The notes under the pieces were generated by a model that saw only the letters and a program-made list of their open reading frames with translations, had not been told where the DNA came from and did no database searches. A stretch of 64,000 nt of DNA from Eutreptiella sp. 'Long Island Sound 2002'. Taxonomy: Eukaryota > Protista > Euglenida. The position numbers were made by a program, and so were the translations under genes. Positions 61,990-64,000 of this stretch are shown here, in pieces. The number at the start of each line of letters is the position of its first letter. Within the stretch, counting starts at the first letter, position 1. The stretch is taken from contig OZ038379.1 in assembly GCA_964036045.1 (NCBI GenBank), positions 49,600,001 to 49,664,000 of the forward strand, in the 5' to 3' direction.

Positions 61990-64000
61990 ACCGCTAACCC
62001 CCAACCATACTCCCAACCCTTACCCCACTGCCCGATGCTCCAAGCATGGAGGCAATGTACTAGAGCACGTCCATTGCCCGGTGCTCCCTAGCATGGGGCA
62101 ATATAGTGAATGAGATCCACTGTCCACTTGCTCCCCAGTAGTGAGGCAGTGTACAAAAAGAGCTCCACTGCCCACTGCTCGCCGGCATTGAGGCAGTGTA
62201 CCAAAGAAGATCCAGTGACTGCTCCCAGCACTGAGGCGGTGTATTAAAGGAGTTCCAATGCTCACTGCGCCACAACAGTGTGGTAGTGTGTTGAAGGAGA
62301 TACACTGCCTATGCCCAATGCTCCCCACCATTGAGGCAGTGTATTGAAGGAGATCCATTGCGCGGTGCTCTGCTGCAGTGTGGCACACGGCAGTGTAGTG
62401 AAGGAGATTCACTATCCACTGCTCCCGAGCAATGAGGCAATGTATTGAAGGGGTTCCATTGCTCATTGAAGGGGTTCCACCGCTCATTGCTTCCTAGCAA
62501 TAAGGCAATGTCTTGAAGCACGTCCACTGCCCACTGCTCCCCATGAGCCAGGTGGTGTCCGAAGGAGACCCACTGCCCACACCTCCTCATGAAAGAGGAG
62601 GTCTATGGAAAGATATCCACGGCCTAGTGCTCCACAGCAGTGAGGCATTGTACTATAGGACATCCACGGCCTACTGCTCCCAATCAATGAGGCAATGTCT
62701 TGAAGGAGGTCAACTGCCCACTGCTCCCCAACAGTGAGGCAATGTATTTAAGGAGATCCACTACTCACTCCTCCCCGTAGAGAAGCAAAGTATTGAAGGA
62801 GTCCCAGTGCACATTGTTTGCCAAAAGTGAGGCAGTGTAGTGAAGGAGATCCACTACCCATTGCTCCCCAACAATGAGGCAGTATACGGAAGGAAACCAC
62901 TACCCACAACTCCCCATCAGTATGGCGGTGTATTGAGGGAGTCCCACTGCCCATTGCTACCCAGCACTGGGGCGGTGTATAGGAGGAGACCGACTGCCCA
63001 TTGCTCCCTAGTAGTGAGGTAGTGACGTGACGGAGGTCCATTGCCCATTGCTCGCTACGACTCAGGTAGTGCACTGACGGACATGCAGCGCCCACTCGCC
63101 CCCAATAGTCAAGCAATGTATTGAAGGAGTCCATTTGCCCACTGCTCCCCAACAGTGTGGCAATGCCCTTGGGGCAAACCACTTCCCGCTACTCCTCGGC
63201 ATTTACGCAATGTATTGAACGAGATCCATTGCCTACTACTCACTAGCGGTGTGGTATCTCAGGAGGTCCACCGCCCACTACTCCATAGCAATGTGCCCGT
63301 CCCGTGAAGGAGAATCATTGCCCACTGCGCCCCAGTACTTCGGCGCTACTGTGGAGGAGTGCCACTTACCACTGCTGCCCCACATTGAGGCAATATACGA
63401 GAGGAGGTCCACTGCCCACTCCCTCCCCGCAGAGAAGCAAAGTATTGAAGGAATCCTGCTGCACACCGTTTCCCAAAAGGGAGGTAGTGTAGTGAAGGAG
63501 ATCCATTACCCATTACCCATGACCCATTGCCCGTTGCTCCCCAACAGTGAGGCAGCATACGGAAGGAAACCATTACCCACAGCTCCCCATCAATATGGTG
63601 GTGTATTGAAGGAGTCCCGGTGCCCACAGCACCTCAGCAGTGTGGCACTGTATTGAGGGAGTCCCACTGCCCATCACTACCCAGCAATGGGGCCGTGTAT
63701 AGGAGGACAACGATTGCCCATTGCTCCCTAGCAATGAGGTAGTGACGTGACGGAGGTCCACTGCCCATTGCTCCTAAGTAGGCAGGTAGTGCACTGACGG
63801 ACATGCAGTGCCTGGTCCTCCCCAATGGTCAAGCAATGTATTGAAGGACTCCAATAGCCCACTGCTCCCCAACAGTGAGGCAACGTACTAAAGGAGGTCT
63901 ACTGCCCACTCCTCCCCGTAGAGAAGCAGAGTACTGAAGAGTCCCACTGCACACTGTTTCCCAAAAGTGAGGCAGTGTAGTGAAGGAGATCCACTATGCA
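61990..64000 (+). repeat. Satellite B, diverged ~43-47-bp monomer (GAGGCAGTGTATTGAAGGAGATCCACTGCCCATTGCTCCCCAACAGT) with higher-order blocks
   Basis: gaggcagtgta-like starts at 62143, 62190, 62233; gagaagca-agta-tgaag recurs at about 62780, 63431, 63921. Confidence 0.93.

Overview
Eukaryotic, transposon-saturated genomic DNA. The LSU rRNA fragment and a VIPER/TATE-type element suggest a euglenozoan, probably a euglenid (inference). The only clear host coding sequence is one GT-AG exon of a SHIPPO/PGPGxY-repeat axonemal protein (60973-61268). The rest is two satellites (41-bp at 1-5262 and inverted at 9052-12700; ~45-bp at 61990-64000), microsatellites, larger tandem repeats and nested decayed mobile elements: LINEs (RT, RNase H, zinc knuckle), a YR-RT-RH retroelement, a Helitron-like relic, a piggyBac transposase, a Ulp1-like protease relic and several RAG1/Transib-like DDE transposase relics. 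Main highlights: (1) elements with TGTACC...GGTACA termini and 2-bp target duplications, one end physically joined to a RAG1/Transib-like transposase; (2) an unknown cargo gene whose introns are mutually homologous, phase-0 and introner-like; (3) a 15.3-kb piggyBac-type TIR pair with only TA duplicated; (4) an LSU rDNA fragment spanning the R2/Pokey/I-PpoI target site inside a TGTACC element. All protein assignments are motif recognition by eye and were not database-verified.
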